From an uncultured bacterium (GTDB lineage Bacteria > Babelota > Babeliae > Babelales > Vermiphilaceae), in the NCBI GenBank assembly GCA_963707655.1, contig OY970172.1:448001-512000 (forward strand): DNA of 64,000 bases. Direction: 5' to 3'. Below the pieces are notes generated by a model. That model was given only the letters and a program-made list of their open reading frames with translations, was not told the DNA's origin and did no database searches. Both the position numbers and the translations under genes were made by a program. Below are positions 1-13,631 of the stretch, in pieces. Position 1 is the first letter of the stretch; the number at the start of each line of letters is the position of its first letter.

Positions 1-1
1 C

Positions 2-3000
2 GCTGTTGTAGCCGGTGGTGGAACGGGTTCAACTTCGTTTAATACTCATGGTGTTGTCACTTCAGGCTCTTCAGCCACATCCCCATTAACCGCGCTCACC
101 TTAACTAATGGTCAACTAGTGATTGGTAGCACCGGAGCCGATCCGATCGCTGCTACATTAACTCAAGGCACCGGTATCTCTATTACCAGTGGTGCAGGCA
201 GTATTACTATCGCATCATCCGGATCGGTACCCACAACGTTTACTGAAAACAGCGGCACCGCGACGCCGGCAAGCAATAATTTAAATCTTTTGGGCTCGCC
301 TACTTTCGGTATTACCACTGCGGGCAGCGGGTCAACCGTTACTATCAGTGGCATTAATGCAAGCACATCCCAAAAAGGTGTCGCCTCATTTAGCCCAACC
401 AATTTTACGGTAACTAGCGGCAACGTTGTCTCAAACAACTTTACTATCACCGCTGGCACCGGATTAACCGGTGGTGGCGCACTGACCTTGGGCGGATCAA
501 CCACTATCTCATTATCTACACCGGTTTCAGTGACCAATGGCGGTACCGGATTATCAACATTAACGGCACATAATGTGCTTCTTGGTGAAGGCACTTCAAA
601 TGTAGGCTTTGTTGCTCCTGGATCTGCGGGCATTCCATTAATTTCTAATGGCGCTAGCAGCGATCCTATATTTGGCACAGCTGTTGTAGCCGGTGGTGGA
701 ACAGGCGCAACATCATTTACTTCATTCGCGCCACTTATTGGTAATGGAACAAGCGCGGTGCAAACTGCTTCCAGTGGACAATCTACTAGCGGCTACGTTT
801 TCACCAGCACCGGTTCATCATCCGCTCCAACATGGCAGCCAGTAAGTGCAAGTGGCGCGGTAACTTCAGTAACTGGTGGCAATAATATAGCAATTACCGG
901 CACTGCAACGGCACCAGTCGTGAACGTTGCCGGAACAACAGCCAATGCTGTGCAGGTTGGCTCTCCAAACGGCGCGCTTCATTCATTACCGGTCGGCACC
1001 AATGGCCAAGTGTTATTAGGGGCTACCGGGGCGTATCCTGCATTTGGCACCTTAACTTCTACAAGCGGCACGATCAGCTACACAACCGGCGCAAATTCAT
1101 TATCTATTGATCTTGTACCCGTTACCGTTGCTCATGGTGGCACCGGTGCAACAACTCTTACGCAATACGATGTGTTAGTCGGCAACGGTACTTCTGCGAT
1201 AACAACCGTAGCTCCTTCTGCGACAACGGGCGTTCCATTGATTTCAAACGGTTCTGCAGCTAATCCATCATTTGGCACCGCATTAGTAGCGGGTGGTGGC
1301 ACGGGTTCGACTTCATTCAATGCCAATGGAGTAGTGATTTCAGGAACAACGGGAACTTCAGCATTGAGTTCGCTCAGCTTGACTAACGGACAAGTAGTAA
1401 TTGGTAGTAGCTCCGGCGCACCTGCAGCTGCTACTTTGACAAATGGCACCGGTATTTCTATTACCAACGCGGCCAACTCTGTTACCATTGCAGCTTCTGG
1501 AGCAGTTCCTACAACGTTCACTGAAAACAGCGGCACCGCAACCCCGGCAAGCAACAACTTAAATATTATCGGATCACCTACTCAAGGCATTACCACTGCG
1601 GGCAGCGGATCAACCGTTACTATCAGTGGCATTAATGCGACATCAACACAAAAAGGTATCGCATCGTTCAATTTAACCGAGTTCACGGTAGCCTTGGGAG
1701 CTGTAACTTCAAATCCATTCACCATCACTGCCGGCACCGGCTTAACCGGCGGCGGGTCGTTGAATTTGGGTGGATCAACAACAATCTCATTATCTACACC
1801 GGTTTCAGTAGCCAATGGCGGCACCGGTTTGCCAACACTCACCGCGCACAATGTTCTTCTTGGTGAAGGCACTTCAAATGTAGGCTTTGTTGCACCCGGA
1901 TCTGCAGGCATACCATTAATATCAAATGGGGCTTCAAGTGATCCAATCTTTGGCACCGCGACGGTACCCGGCGGCGGCACCGGCGATACGAGCTTTACTG
2001 CCTATGCACCAATTACCGGTGGTTCGACATCCACAGGAAATTTACAAAGCGCTTCTTCAGGACAAAGCAATGTGGGTTATGTGCTCACCAGCACCGGTAC
2101 AACCTCTCTGCCAACATGGCAAGCAGTTACCGCAGGTGGCGGCATTGTTACTTCAGTTAGCGCGGGAAATAATATAGCAATTACCGGCACCGCAACGGCG
2201 CCAATAGTAAATGTTGCCGGAACAACACCAAATGCGGTACAGGTTGGTTCTCCCGATGGGGCGTTGCATTCATTACCGGTCGGTACCAATGGTCAAGTAC
2301 TTATTGGGGCAACCGGGGCGTATCCTGCATTTGGCACCTTAACTTCTACAAGCGGCACGATCAGCTACACAACCGGCGCAAATTCATTATCTATTGATCT
2401 TGTACCGGTTACCGTTGCTCATGGTGGCACCGGTGCAACAACTCTTACGCAATACGACGTGTTGGTCGGCAACGGCACTTCTGCCATAACAACCGTGGCA
2501 CCTTCTTCAACAATCGGGGTCCCGTTAATTTCCAACGGTTCTTCTGCCAATCCATCATTTGGCACCGCATCGGTAGCGGGTGGTGGCACGGGTTCAACTT
2601 CATTCAATGCTAATGGAGTAGTGATTTCAGGAACAACGGGAACTTCAGCATTAAGTTCGCTCAGCTTGACTAATGGACAAGTAGTAATTGGTAGCAGTTC
2701 TGGCGCGCCTGCAGCTGCTACGTTGACAAATGGCACCGGTATTTCTATTACCAATGCAGCCAACTCTATTACCATTGCAGCTTCTGGAGCGGTTCCTACA
2801 ACTTTCACCGAAAATTCAGGTACTGCAGCCCCGGCAAGTAACAACTTAAATATTATCGGCTCACCAACCTTCGGCATTACCACTGCGGGCAGCGGATCAA
2901 CCGTTACTATCAGCGGCATTAATGCGACATCAACACAAAAAGGTATTGCGTCGTTCAATTTAACCGAGTTCACGGTAGCCTCGGGAGCTGTAACTTCAAA

Positions 3001-6000
3001 TCCATTCACCATCACTGCCGGCACCGGCTTAACCGGCGGCGGGTCGTTGAATTTGGGTGGATCAACAACAATCTCATTATCCACGCCAGTTTTAGTTACC
3101 AATGGCGGTACCGGCCTATCAACATTGACCGCGCACAATGTACTTCTTGGTGAAGGCACTTCAAATGTTGGCTTTGTTTCGCCCGGAGCGGCAGGCATTC
3201 CATTAATTTCTAATGGCGCTAGCAGCGATCCGATATTTGGCACAGCTGTTGTAGCCGGTGGCGGAACGGGCGCGACATCATTTACTTCATTCGCGCCACT
3301 TATTGGTAATGGAACAAGCGCTGTGCAAACCGCTTCCAGTGGACAATCTACTAGCGGCTATGTGTTCACCAGCACCGGTTCATCATCCGCTCCAACATGG
3401 CAGCCAGTAAGCGCAAGTGGCGCGGTAACTTCAGTAACTGGCGGCAACAATATAGCAATTACCGGCACCGCAACGGCGCCAATAGTGAACGTTGCCGGAA
3501 CAACACCAAATGCAGTACAGGTTGGTTCTCCCGATGGCGCGCTGCATTCATTACCGGTCGGTACCAATGGTCAAGTATTACTCGGGGCAACCGGCGCAAA
3601 TCCTGCATTTGCCACACTGATCTCTACCGGCGGAACACTCACTTATACACCAGGCGCCAATTCACTCAATATTGATCTTACCATACCGGTTACCGTTGCT
3701 CATGGTGGAACCGGCGCAACGACTCTTACCCAGTACAATGTGCTGCTTGGCGAGGGAACAGCAGCTGTTGGTTTTGCCACACCAGGATCTGCGGGCATTC
3801 CATTAATTTCTAACGGTTCTTCTGCCAATCCATCATTCGGCACCGCATTAGTAGCAGGCGGTGGCACGGGCCAAACAAGCTTTACCCCATATGCGCCCAT
3901 TATTGCCGGTGCTACTTCAACAAGCGCTCTTATAAGCGCCACGAGCGGCATAGCAAACAGTGGTTACGTGTTCACCAGCACCGGCGCATCAACGTCACCA
4001 TCGTTCCAATCTCTCGGCTCTCTAGGAGCAGTTACAAGCGTTAACGGTGATACCGGATCTATAACACCGACCTCAGGTGTAATAGCATTCAATGCACTGT
4101 CTACCGCCGGTTCAACGGTGATGTTCTCACCAACCAATAGTTCAACAATGGCATTGTATACAACCTCACCAACGCTGCTCAACACGCTCATTGGTCTAGG
4201 TGCAGGCAATAGTAGTGTAACGGGTACTGAGAATACCGGTGTTGGCTATCAAGCATTAAATAAATTAACTTCAGGATCAAACAATACGGCTTTTGGTTAT
4301 CAGGCTTTGACTGTGAATACTGGCGGATCAAACAATATTGCTATGGGAAACAAGGCCCTGGCAGCTAATGTCACTGCATCAAATAGTGTTGCTGTTGGTA
4401 ATAGCGCTCTGGCCGCTAACACCGCAGCAAACAATACCGCTGTTGGTACCAGTGCTCTGGCAGCAAATACTACCGGAACTCCCAACACCGCTATTGGTTA
4501 CAATGCATTGCTGGTCAACAACACCGGTATAAATAACGTTGCCCTTGGTTATAGCCCACTCGTACACAACACAACCGGCTCTGCAAATATTGCTATAGGG
4601 AACAAGGCTCTTGCAGCGAATACCACTGCATCAAATAGTGTTGCTGTTGGTAATAGCGCTCTGGCCGCTAACACCGCAGCAAACAATACCGCCGTTGGTA
4701 CCAGTGCCCTGGCAGCAAATACTACCGGCACTCCCAACACCGCTGTTGGTTACCAAGCATTAACAGCAAATACTACCGGTATGAATAATGTTGCTATAGG
4801 TGATCAAGCATTAGCTGCAAATACTACAGCTGTTCAAAGCACCGCTGTGGGTCATGTTGCGTTAACGCTCAGTAACGGTAGCTATAATACTGCCGTGGGA
4901 TCTCAAGCATTAACTGCAAATACAACAGGCATTGCTAACACGGCTATAGGGACGGCTACAATGCAAAGCAATACAACAGGGACGAACAATACTGCTGTTG
5001 GATTCCAAGCACTAAACGCCAACATAGGTGGAGGAACCAATACCGCTGTGGGCTATCAAGCCCTTAAATTAAACACATCCGGTCAAAATAACGTTGCAAT
5101 TGGTAACCTTGCCTTGGGCGCAAATCTCACTGCTTCAAATAGTGTTGCTGTTGGTAACAGCGCTCTAGGTGGTAACACCGTTGCAAACAATACTGCTGTT
5201 GGCACCGGCGCTTTGGCCGCCAATACCACCGGATCTCCCAACACTGCTGTTGGTTATAATGCCCTTACAGCTAATACTACGGGCATCAATAACGTTGCTT
5301 TGGGTCATCAAACTCTTGATGCAAACACAACCGGTTCCGCCAACGTCGCGATAGGTAATAATGCCTTGGGTGCCAATGTCACCGCTTCAAATAGTGTTGC
5401 CGTTGGTAGCAGTGCCCTTGCTCTTAACACGTCGTCAAATAATACCGCTGTTGGCTGGAACGCTTTAACGAGCAGCACTGCGAGTCCAAACAGTGCATTT
5501 GGCTATGCTGCATTGCAAAATACTACAACAGGTACCGGTAATACTGGCATCGGCTATGAGGCTTTACAAAACAACAGTTCCGGTGCCACCAATATTGCTC
5601 TTGGTTATCAAGCCGGTTCTGCTTTAACAACCGGATCCAACAATATTGATATTGGCAATAGCGGAGTAGCGGCTGAATCAAACACCATACGTATTGGTAC
5701 TCAAGGCACTCAAACATCGTGCTACATTAGCGGTATCACCGGAATAACCACCGCAAATACCAACATTGCTACTATCAATTCATCAACGGGACAGCTTGGC
5801 GCGACTAATACCGTTTCAGTTGCCAATGGCGGAACCGGCGCGAACAGCCTTACTGGTGTGCTTATTGGCAATGGCACATCTGCAGTTACCGGAAATCCGA
5901 TTACCCAGTATGATGTGTTGGTCGGTGGTGCAAGCAACGCGATTAGCTCTATTGCTCCTTCAACAACAACCGGCATTCCGTTCATTTCTAACGGTTCTTC

Positions 6001-9000
6001 TGCCAATCCAGCATTTGGCACCGCTGTTGTAGCAGGCGGTGGCACGGGCTCAACTTCGTTTAATACTCATGGTGTTGTCACTTCAGGCTCTTCAGCCACA
6101 TCCCCATTAACAGCGCTCACCTTAACGAATGGTCAACTGGTGATCGGTAGCACCGGAGCCGATCCAATCGCCGCTACCTTAACTCAAGGAACCGGTATCT
6201 CTATTACCAATGGCGCAGGAAGTATTACTATCGCATCATCCGGATCGGTACCAACAACGTTTACTGAAAATAGCGGAACCGCAACCCCGGCAAGCAACAA
6301 CTTAAATATTCTCGGCTCGCCTACTCAGGGCATTACCACTGCGGGTAGCGGATCAACCGTTACTATCAGCGGCATTAATGCGACATCAACACAAAAAGGT
6401 ATTGCGTCGTTCAATTTAACCGAGTTCACGGTAGCCTCGGGAGCTGTAACTTCAAATCCATTCACCATCACTGCCGGCACCGGCTTAACCGGCGGCGGGT
6501 CGTTGAATTTGGGTGGATCAACAACAATCTCATTATCCACGCCAGTTTCAGTTACCAATGGCGGTACCGGCCTATCAACATTGACCGCGCACAATGTACT
6601 TCTTGGTGAAGGCACTTCAAATGTTGGCTTTGTTTCGCCCGGAGCGGCAGGCATTCCATTAATTTCTAATGGCGCTAGCAGCGATCCGATATTTGGCACA
6701 GCTGTTGTAGCCGGTGGCGGAACGGGCGCGACATCATTTAATACTCATGGTGTTGTCACTTCAGGCTCTTCAGCCACATCTCCATTAACAGCGCTCACCT
6801 TAACTAATGGTCAACTGGTGATCGGTAGCACCGGAGCCGATCCAATCGCGGCTACACTAACTCAAGGCACCGGCATCTCTATTACCAATGGTACAGGAAG
6901 TATCACTATCGCATCATCCGGATCGGTACCAACAACGTTTACTGAAAACAGCGGCACGGCAACCCCGGCAAGTAACAACTTGAATATTCTCGGCTCGCCT
7001 ACTCAGGGCATTACCACTGCGGGTAGCGGATCAACCGTTACTATCAGCGGCATTAATGCGACATCAACACAAAAAGGTATCGCTTCGTTTAGTCCAACAA
7101 ATTTTACAGTAACCGGCGGCAATGTAGTCTCCAAGATTTTCTCCATTAATCCGGGCACTGGCTTGACCGGTGGCGGTCATTGACCTTGGGTGGTTCAACC
7201 ACCCTCTCATTATCTACACCGGTTTCAGTCGCCAATGGCGGCACCGGATTACCAACATTGACCGCGCACAACGTGCTTCTTGGTGAAGGCACTGCAAATG
7301 TAGGCTTTGCTGCGCCAGGAACTGCCGGACAAATACTCGTTTCAAATGGAGCAACTGCTGATCCGTCATTCGAATCATTGAGCAGCGCTGGCGCAATTAC
7401 TCAGATTAATGGCGACGCTGGATCAGCAACGCCGGCTTCGGGGATCATTACCTTCAATGCAAATTCAAACGCAGGATCAACGGTTGAGTTTAGCGCCTCA
7501 GGATCAACGGTTGATTTATTGGTTACCAATCCAACGACACAAAACACATTCATAGGTCTTGCTGCAGGAAATACTAGTTCACCATCGGCGACCGGCAACA
7601 CTGGCATAGGCTACGCTTCCTTGAATAACAACAAGGGCACTTCTAACACAGCCTTAGGATTTGAGGCCCTGTTTGCCAACACCACCGGTGGCGGCAACAC
7701 CGCCATAGGATACATTGCTTTGCCAAACAATAGCACGGGCTCTTCTAATACCGCCATAGGGTACGCTGCCTTGAACAGCAACACCACTGGCTCCTCTAAT
7801 GTTGCTATTGGTAACAATGCACTCCAAAATAGCAACGGCAATAATAATGTTGCTTTTGGCTATCAAGCAGGTTCTGCATTGACAACCGGATCTAACAATA
7901 TTGATATCGGCAATAGCGGTGTAGCTGCTGAATCAAACACCACTCGCATCGGCACTCAAGGAACTCAAACATCGTGCTATATTAGTGGTATAACCGGAGT
8001 AACCACTGCCAATACCAACATTGCTACTATCAATTCATCAACCGGACAGCTTGGCGCGACTACTACAGTTTCCGTCGCCAACGGCGGAACCGGCGCTAAC
8101 AGCCTTACCGGCGTTTTAATAGGTAATGGCACATCTGCAGTAACCGCTAATCCGATTACCCAATTTGATGTGTTAGTTGGTGGCGCAAGCAACACGATTA
8201 GCTCGATTACACCAAGCACCGCGGATTTTGTATTGACCTCCAACGGCACAAGCGCCAACCCATCGTTCCAATCTCTCAGCTCTTTAGGAGCGGTTACAAG
8301 TGTTAATGGTGATACAGGATCTATAACACCGACCTCGGGTGTAATAGCATTCAAGGCACTTTCTACTGCCGGGTCAACGGTAATGTTCTCGCCAACCAAT
8401 AGTTCAACAATGGCATTGTATACCACCTCACCAACACTGCTCAACACGCTCATTGGGTTAGGTGCAGGCAATAGTAGTGTAACGGGTACTGACAATACCG
8501 GTGTTGGCTATCAAGCATTAAATAAATTAACTTCAGGTGCGAATAATACCGGTATCGGCTATCAGGCTTTGGCTGCGAATACTACCGGATCAAACAATAT
8601 TGCTATGGGAAACAAGGCCCTTGCAGCTAATACCACTGCAGCAAACAATACCGCTGTTGGTACCAGTGCTCTGGCTGCAAATACTACCGGCACTCCCAAT
8701 ACCGCTATTGGTTACAATGCATTGCTGGTCAACAACACCGGTGTAAATAACGTTGCTCTGGGCTACAGCCCACTGGTAAGCAACACAACCGGCTCTGCAA
8801 ATATTGCTATAGGGAACAAGGCCCTTGCAGCGAATACCACTGCATCAAACAATACAGCCGTTGGCACCAGTGCTCTGGCAGCAAATACTACCGGCACTCC
8901 CAACACCGCCATTGGCTACAATGCGTTGCTGGTCAACAACACCGGTGCTAACAACGTCGCTCTTGGGTATACAACTTTAGATGCAAACACAACTGGTTCT

Positions 9001-10500
9001 GCCAACGTTGCGGTAGGTAACAATGCTTTGGGCGCCAATGTCAGCGCTTCAAATAGTGTTGCTATCGGCAACAATGCTCTAGCTGCTAACACCGCTTCAA
9101 ACAATACCGCTGCTGGTACTAGTGCTCTGGCAGCAAATACTAGCGGCACCCCCAATACCGCTATCGGTTACAATGCGTTGCTGGTTAACAATACCGGTGC
9201 GAATAACGTCGCCCTTGGTTATCAAGCTCTCAAAGCAAACACAACAGGTTCTACCAACGTCGCGATAGGTAATAATGCTTTGGGCGCCAATGTCAGCGCT
9301 TCAAATAGTGTTGCTGTTGGTAACGGTGCTCTGGCTGCTAACACCGCTGCGGATAATACCGCCGTTGGCGCTAGCTCTCTCGCTGCCAATACCACTGGAA
9401 TCGAAAATAGTGCCGTGGGCTTTCAAGCGTTACAAAATAATACAACAGGAACTTGTAATAATGCGTTGGGATGCTTTGCATTACAAGATAATACTGGCGG
9501 ATCATTTAACATTGCCATAGGACATGATGCATTACTAACGAATACCAGTGCTTCTAACAATGTCGCTATCGGAGAAAGCAGTTTGAAAGCAAATACCGCA
9601 GCAAACAATACCGCTGTTGGGTATAGCGCTTTGACCGCCAATACCACCGGATCTCCCAACATTGCTGTTGGTTATAATGCCCTAACTGCCAATACTACGG
9701 GTATAAACAATGCCGCTGTTGGTTACAATGCTCTTTATATAAATACCACTGGTTCATACAATACCGCTCTGGGAATGCTTGCGCTAAGCACCATTGCTAC
9801 AGGGTCTAACAACACAGCAATAGGTTTTGATGCTGCCCAAAGTCTTACAACGGGCAGTAATAATATTTTTATTGGTGTAGGATCCGGTGGCACCCTAGGA
9901 AACGGCAGCAACAACGTGATAATCGGTAATGAGGCGCAGCCCGGCAGCCCCACTGGTACCTGGAGCAATAATATATACCTAGGAAATGGCATCACTAATT
10001 ACGCGGACCAGAACTACATCAGAATAGGAAATCCCTCAACCGGTTACAACGCATGCTTCATTCAGGGCATATATAATATGACAAATTCTGGACTCCCAAA
10101 CGTCTATGTGGATGTCAATGGACAACTCTGGAAATCTACCACCCCTTCATCACGTCGCTACAAAGACGACATTGCATCGCTCAGTCCCGTGACAGGCAAG
10201 CTTGCTCAGCTTAATCCGGTCAGCTTTGCCTATAAAACTGATGACAACAAAACTAAGAACTATGGGCTTATTGCAGAAGAAGTACAGGAAATTGATCGCT
10301 CATTGGTCATGTACAATGATAACGGCTCCCCTGAGACCGTCTACTACCAGTTCCTGCCACCATTGCTCCTCAAGGGTTGGCAAGAACAGCAGCATGAATT
10401 AATGGCACAACGCGCCGAGCTTGACGAATGCAAGCGCATCATGGCAGAACAACAAAAAAGACTCGATGCACTCTATGCGCATATGGGATTAGCAGCATAA
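2..10500 (+). CDS. Giant Gly/Thr/Ser/Asn-rich repeat fibre/adhesin-like protein with C-terminal peptidase S74 (intramolecular chaperone) domain; 5' end outside window, one frameshift at ~7177
   Basis: Frame is open from base 2 to 7183 and continues in the 7180..10500 ORF. The junction ggtggcggtcattgaccttg is one base short of the repeat consensus GGGSLxLGG. Contains repeated 'VxxGGTG' modules and 14-aa NTAxGxxALxxNTTG repeats. C-terminus SSRRYKDDI..LNPVSFAYK..YGLIAEEV plus coiled coil matches S74/ICA. Confidence 0.85.
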
Positions 10501-10528
10501 CAAAAATCGAATGTATTGTACCCGCTAA

Positions 10529-10560
10529 AAAAGGGGCCTTCAGAAATGAGGGCCCCTTTT
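10529..10560 (+). terminator. Rho-independent terminator (possibly bidirectional)
   Basis: aaaaggggccttca-gaaa-tgagggcccctttt hairpin just after the stop at 10500. Confidence 0.8.
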
Positions 10561-10675
10561 GTTATTTCACTCGCAGCTTATTATATTTTTGCTAAACTTG
10601 ACTATGGCGCAAAAAAGAAATCTTTTTACCGCTTATCATCTGAAAAAATTTTATTCGGTCACACGGGAGACATTA

Positions 10676-12136
10676 ATGCTTTTGGACCATCAGTTTTTGC
10701 AGTTAGCTGTTCCGGAATTAGAATTGATAACATCATTCTTTCCTGAAAACTATGTTTTTTCTATCGATTCTCGCACGATCAAACGGGGAGAATTGTTTGT
10801 CGCGTTGACGGGAAAAAAAGTTGACGGACATATGTTTTGCGAGCAGGTATTGCGCTCCGGCGCAGCCGGCTTGGTTATAGAAAAGAACAAAAAAAATCTG
10901 CTCAAAAACATTTCTTCCGATTTATTAGACAATAAACTCATTATCGCGGTGCCCGACACAAAACAAGCATTGGTGCAATGGGCAACTACATGGAGACAGC
11001 AATTTTCTATCCCGGTAGTTGGCATAACCGGCTCTGTAGGAAAAACGTCAACCAAAGAGCTTTTATCTGCAATTCTTGCAGCCGAATCCATTCATCATCT
11101 CTCTTCCGCCGATAATCAAAATACGCTCCTGGGTATTTCATTAAACATGTTGCGATTGCGCACAGAGCATACCGTTGCCATTTTTGAAATGGGCGTGAGC
11201 AAGCGCGGTGAAATGGCTCAATTGGCACACTTGGTAAAACCAACATTGGCGCTCATTACCACGATTGGCCATTGTCATATGGAAGGACTTGGCTCATTGC
11301 AAGATATTGCGCTTGAAAAGCGTGACATCTTTAAATTTTTTACCGAACAGAGCATTGGCGTTATTAATGGTGATGTGCCGCTTCTTTCGCAAGTAAGCTA
11401 TATTCATCCGGTAGTTAAATTTGGTTCAAAAACTATTAATCAAGTGCAAGCGCGCAAGATTGAGATCGGTGACAAACAGACTAATTTTGTGATGAAAGTA
11501 TATAAAAAAAAGTATGCGGTGTGTGTACCGCAGACGCATGAAGGAGCAGTATCAAATGCTTTGTCGGCAGCAACTCTTGCTCATATGCTTAATATTCCAG
11601 TTGAAACCATTATACAGACTATTCAGAAGCCGCTAACCATCAGTGGCCGCTTTGAAGAAAAAAAATTACGCAATAATGCGGGAACAGTTATTAATGATTG
11701 TTACAATGCAAACCCGGAAAGTATGAAAGCAGCGTTACTGGCTTTTGAAAAATATGACACCGATGCACAAAAGGTAGCAATTTTGGGCGACATGCTTGAA
11801 CTCGGTATTAACAGTGCATTTTGGCATCGACAATTGGGCAGATTTTTGCGCAAAGTTCCTTCATTGAAAAAATTAATTTTGGTTGGCTCGTGGGTGCAAT
11901 GCACAAAAAAAACCGCACCTATCACTTTACCTGTTGAAATTGTTGCAACATGGCAAGAAGCGCTTGAAAAAGCACAAGACGCCATGAAACAAGCCAAGTC
12001 GGCAATATTGGTTAAAGCATCGCGCGGTATGCAATTGTCTTTGTTGGTTGACGGCTTAATGGTGGCTGATGAGACAATAAATGCGAGCCCCCTGCTCACA
12101 AAAACAAACAACGCTACTCCCTTAATACATGGATAA
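10676..12136 (+). CDS. murF: UDP-N-acetylmuramoyl-tripeptide--D-Ala-D-Ala ligase
   Basis: IDSR, GITGSVGKTSTKE, FEMG, INDCYNANPESM and LGDMLELG motifs; gggaga RBS before ATG 10676. Confidence 0.95.
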   Translation: MLLDHQFLQLAVPELELITSFFPENYVFSIDSRTIKRGELFVALTGKKVDGHMFCEQVLRSGAAGLVIEKNKKNLLKNISSDLLDNKLIIAVPDTKQALVQWATTWRQQFSIPVVGITGSVGKTSTKELLSAILAAESIHHLSSADNQNTLLGISLNMLRLRTEHTVAIFEMGVSKRGEMAQLAHLVKPTLALITTIGHCHMEGLGSLQDIALEKRDIFKFFTEQSIGVINGDVPLLSQVSYIHPVVKFGSKTINQVQARKIEIGDKQTNFVMKVYKKKYAVCVPQTHEGAVSNALSAATLAHMLNIPVETIIQTIQKPLTISGRFEEKKLRNNAGTVINDCYNANPESMKAALLAFEKYDTDAQKVAILGDMLELGINSAFWHRQLGRFLRKVPSLKKLILVGSWVQCTKKTAPITLPVEIVATWQEALEKAQDAMKQAKSAILVKASRGMQLSLLVDGLMVADETINASPLLTKTNNATPLIHG

Positions 12137-12142
12137 TTATTA

Positions 12143-13044
12143 ATGTCTGAAATGCAGCTTTTTCATAAAACAGTTCTTGTACAGGAAGTTCTTGAATATC
12201 TTAATCCTCAACCGGGAAAAACCTACCTTGACGTAACGTTTGGTTCAGGTGGCCATACCCGCGCTATTTTGGAAAAAGAGCCAACATGCAAGGTTATAGC
12301 TCTTGATTGGGATCAGGTCGCTCTTGATACCTACGGACCGGCACTCAGAGCAGAGTTTGGTGATAGGATCAGACTTGTGTGGGGTAACTTTGCGCTTCTC
12401 TATAAATTATTACGCAGTGAAAAAATAGACAATGTTGACGGTATCCTGGCCGATTTTGGAACCTCTCAAATTCAAATTATTAATCGCGCCGGTTTTTCGG
12501 TGCATAGAAATACGCCGCTTGATATGCGCATGTCTCCATCACATCAAAAAATAACTGCTGCTGAGTTATTAAATAAAGCCACGGAGGAAAAGTTACGTGA
12601 GCTATTTTGGCAATTTGGTCAAGAAAGAAACGCTCGGCAAATAGCTGCTGCCATTATTCAGGAGCGCGCAATTAGACCATTTAAAATGACTAAAGATTTA
12701 GCAGATCTCATCGCGCGCATTGCACCGAGCAAAAACCGCCGCATTCATCCGGCAACGCAAGTTTTTCAGGCATTGCGTATTTATGTAAACAAAGAGCTTG
12801 ATAACATTAGCGCTTTTTTGGCTGCAGCAACTTCAGCATTGAATGATGAAGGCGATTGGTATGCATCAGCTTTCATTCCTTGGAAGACCGCATCGTCAAA
12901 CAGTTTTTCAAAGAAAAAGAGCAAGAGGGAATTCTTACTATACTTACTCCCAAGATGATAAGCGCCGGTGAAGAAGAGCTCAAAGCAAATCCGTCATCAC
13001 GCTCTGCATGTTTGCGCGCTGCTCAGAAGAATGAAGCTAAATAG
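12143..13044 (+). CDS. rsmH: 16S rRNA m4C1402 methyltransferase, frameshift at ~12853
   Basis: [15 protein letters not shown] and [12 protein letters not shown], then [12 protein letters not shown] and NPSSRSA in the next frame. Confidence 0.93.
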
Positions 13045-13056
13045 CGAGAATTTTTG

Positions 13057-13084
13057 TTGACAAAAAAGGGGCGTTGTATACAAT
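13057..13084 (+). promoter_or_regulatory. sigma70-type promoter for spoVG/tRNA-Gln
   Basis: TTGACA-N16-TACAAT upstream of spoVG. Confidence 0.6.
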
Positions 13085-13149
13085 TAAGGGACAATTATAT
13101 ATTGTACTCACACTAAAAAGGGATTGTAGTATCTCTAAGGGTTGCGACC

Positions 13150-13443
13150 ATGGAAATAACAGAAGTAAAAGTATATCCGGCAAAAGAAAATGGTAGACTT
13201 AAAGCATATGCAACGGTGGTCTTTGACAATAGCTTTATTGTACGCGATTTAAAAATAATCGAAGGCAATAAAGGTTTCTTCGTATCGATGCCATCGCGTC
13301 GTAGAAAAGATGGAACATTCCGAGATATAGTTCATCCGCTGAATTCTGACACTCGCAAAAGAATTGAAGATGCCATCACCAAGGAATATGAGCGCATTTT
13401 GGCAACCGGTGAAACATATACATCGGCAGAAGACGAAGAATAA
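13150..13443 (+). CDS. spoVG: SpoVG family nucleic-acid-binding protein
   Basis: MEITEVKV..LKAYATVVFD..FVSMPSRR..FRDIVHPLNS. Confidence 0.95.
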   Translation: MEITEVKVYPAKENGRLKAYATVVFDNSFIVRDLKIIEGNKGFFVSMPSRRRKDGTFRDIVHPLNSDTRKRIEDAITKEYERILATGETYTSAEDEE

Positions 13444-13497
13444 TAATCGTTTCTGAGTAGTAAAAAAGTTCTTTTTTTAGCACATCAAAAAATTTGT

Positions 13498-13572
13498 TGG
13501 GGCGTGGCCAAGTGGTAAGGCACCGGTTTTTGGTACCGGCATTCGGAGGTTCGAATCCTTCCGCCCCAGCCA
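13498..13572 (+). tRNA. tRNA-Gln (TTG)
   Basis: tggggcg acceptor stem, ccggt-ttTTGgt-accgg anticodon arm, ggttcgaatcc T-loop, encoded CCA. Confidence 0.97.
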
Positions 13573-13631
13573 GTCTTCGCTCTTACGAGCTGCGCCTGGC
13601 GCGGCCATCAAACTGGATCCTTCGCTTAGAA

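Noticed and set aside
4230..9930. ~42-bp periodic repeats that could resemble a CRISPR array
   Set aside because: They are in-frame coding repeats with synonymous variation, have no unique spacers, and no cas genes are present.
163..9995. Numerous minus-strand and alternate-frame ORFs within the giant repeat gene
   Set aside because: Shadow ORFs caused by Gly/Thr/Ala codon bias; they repeat with the same period as the real gene.
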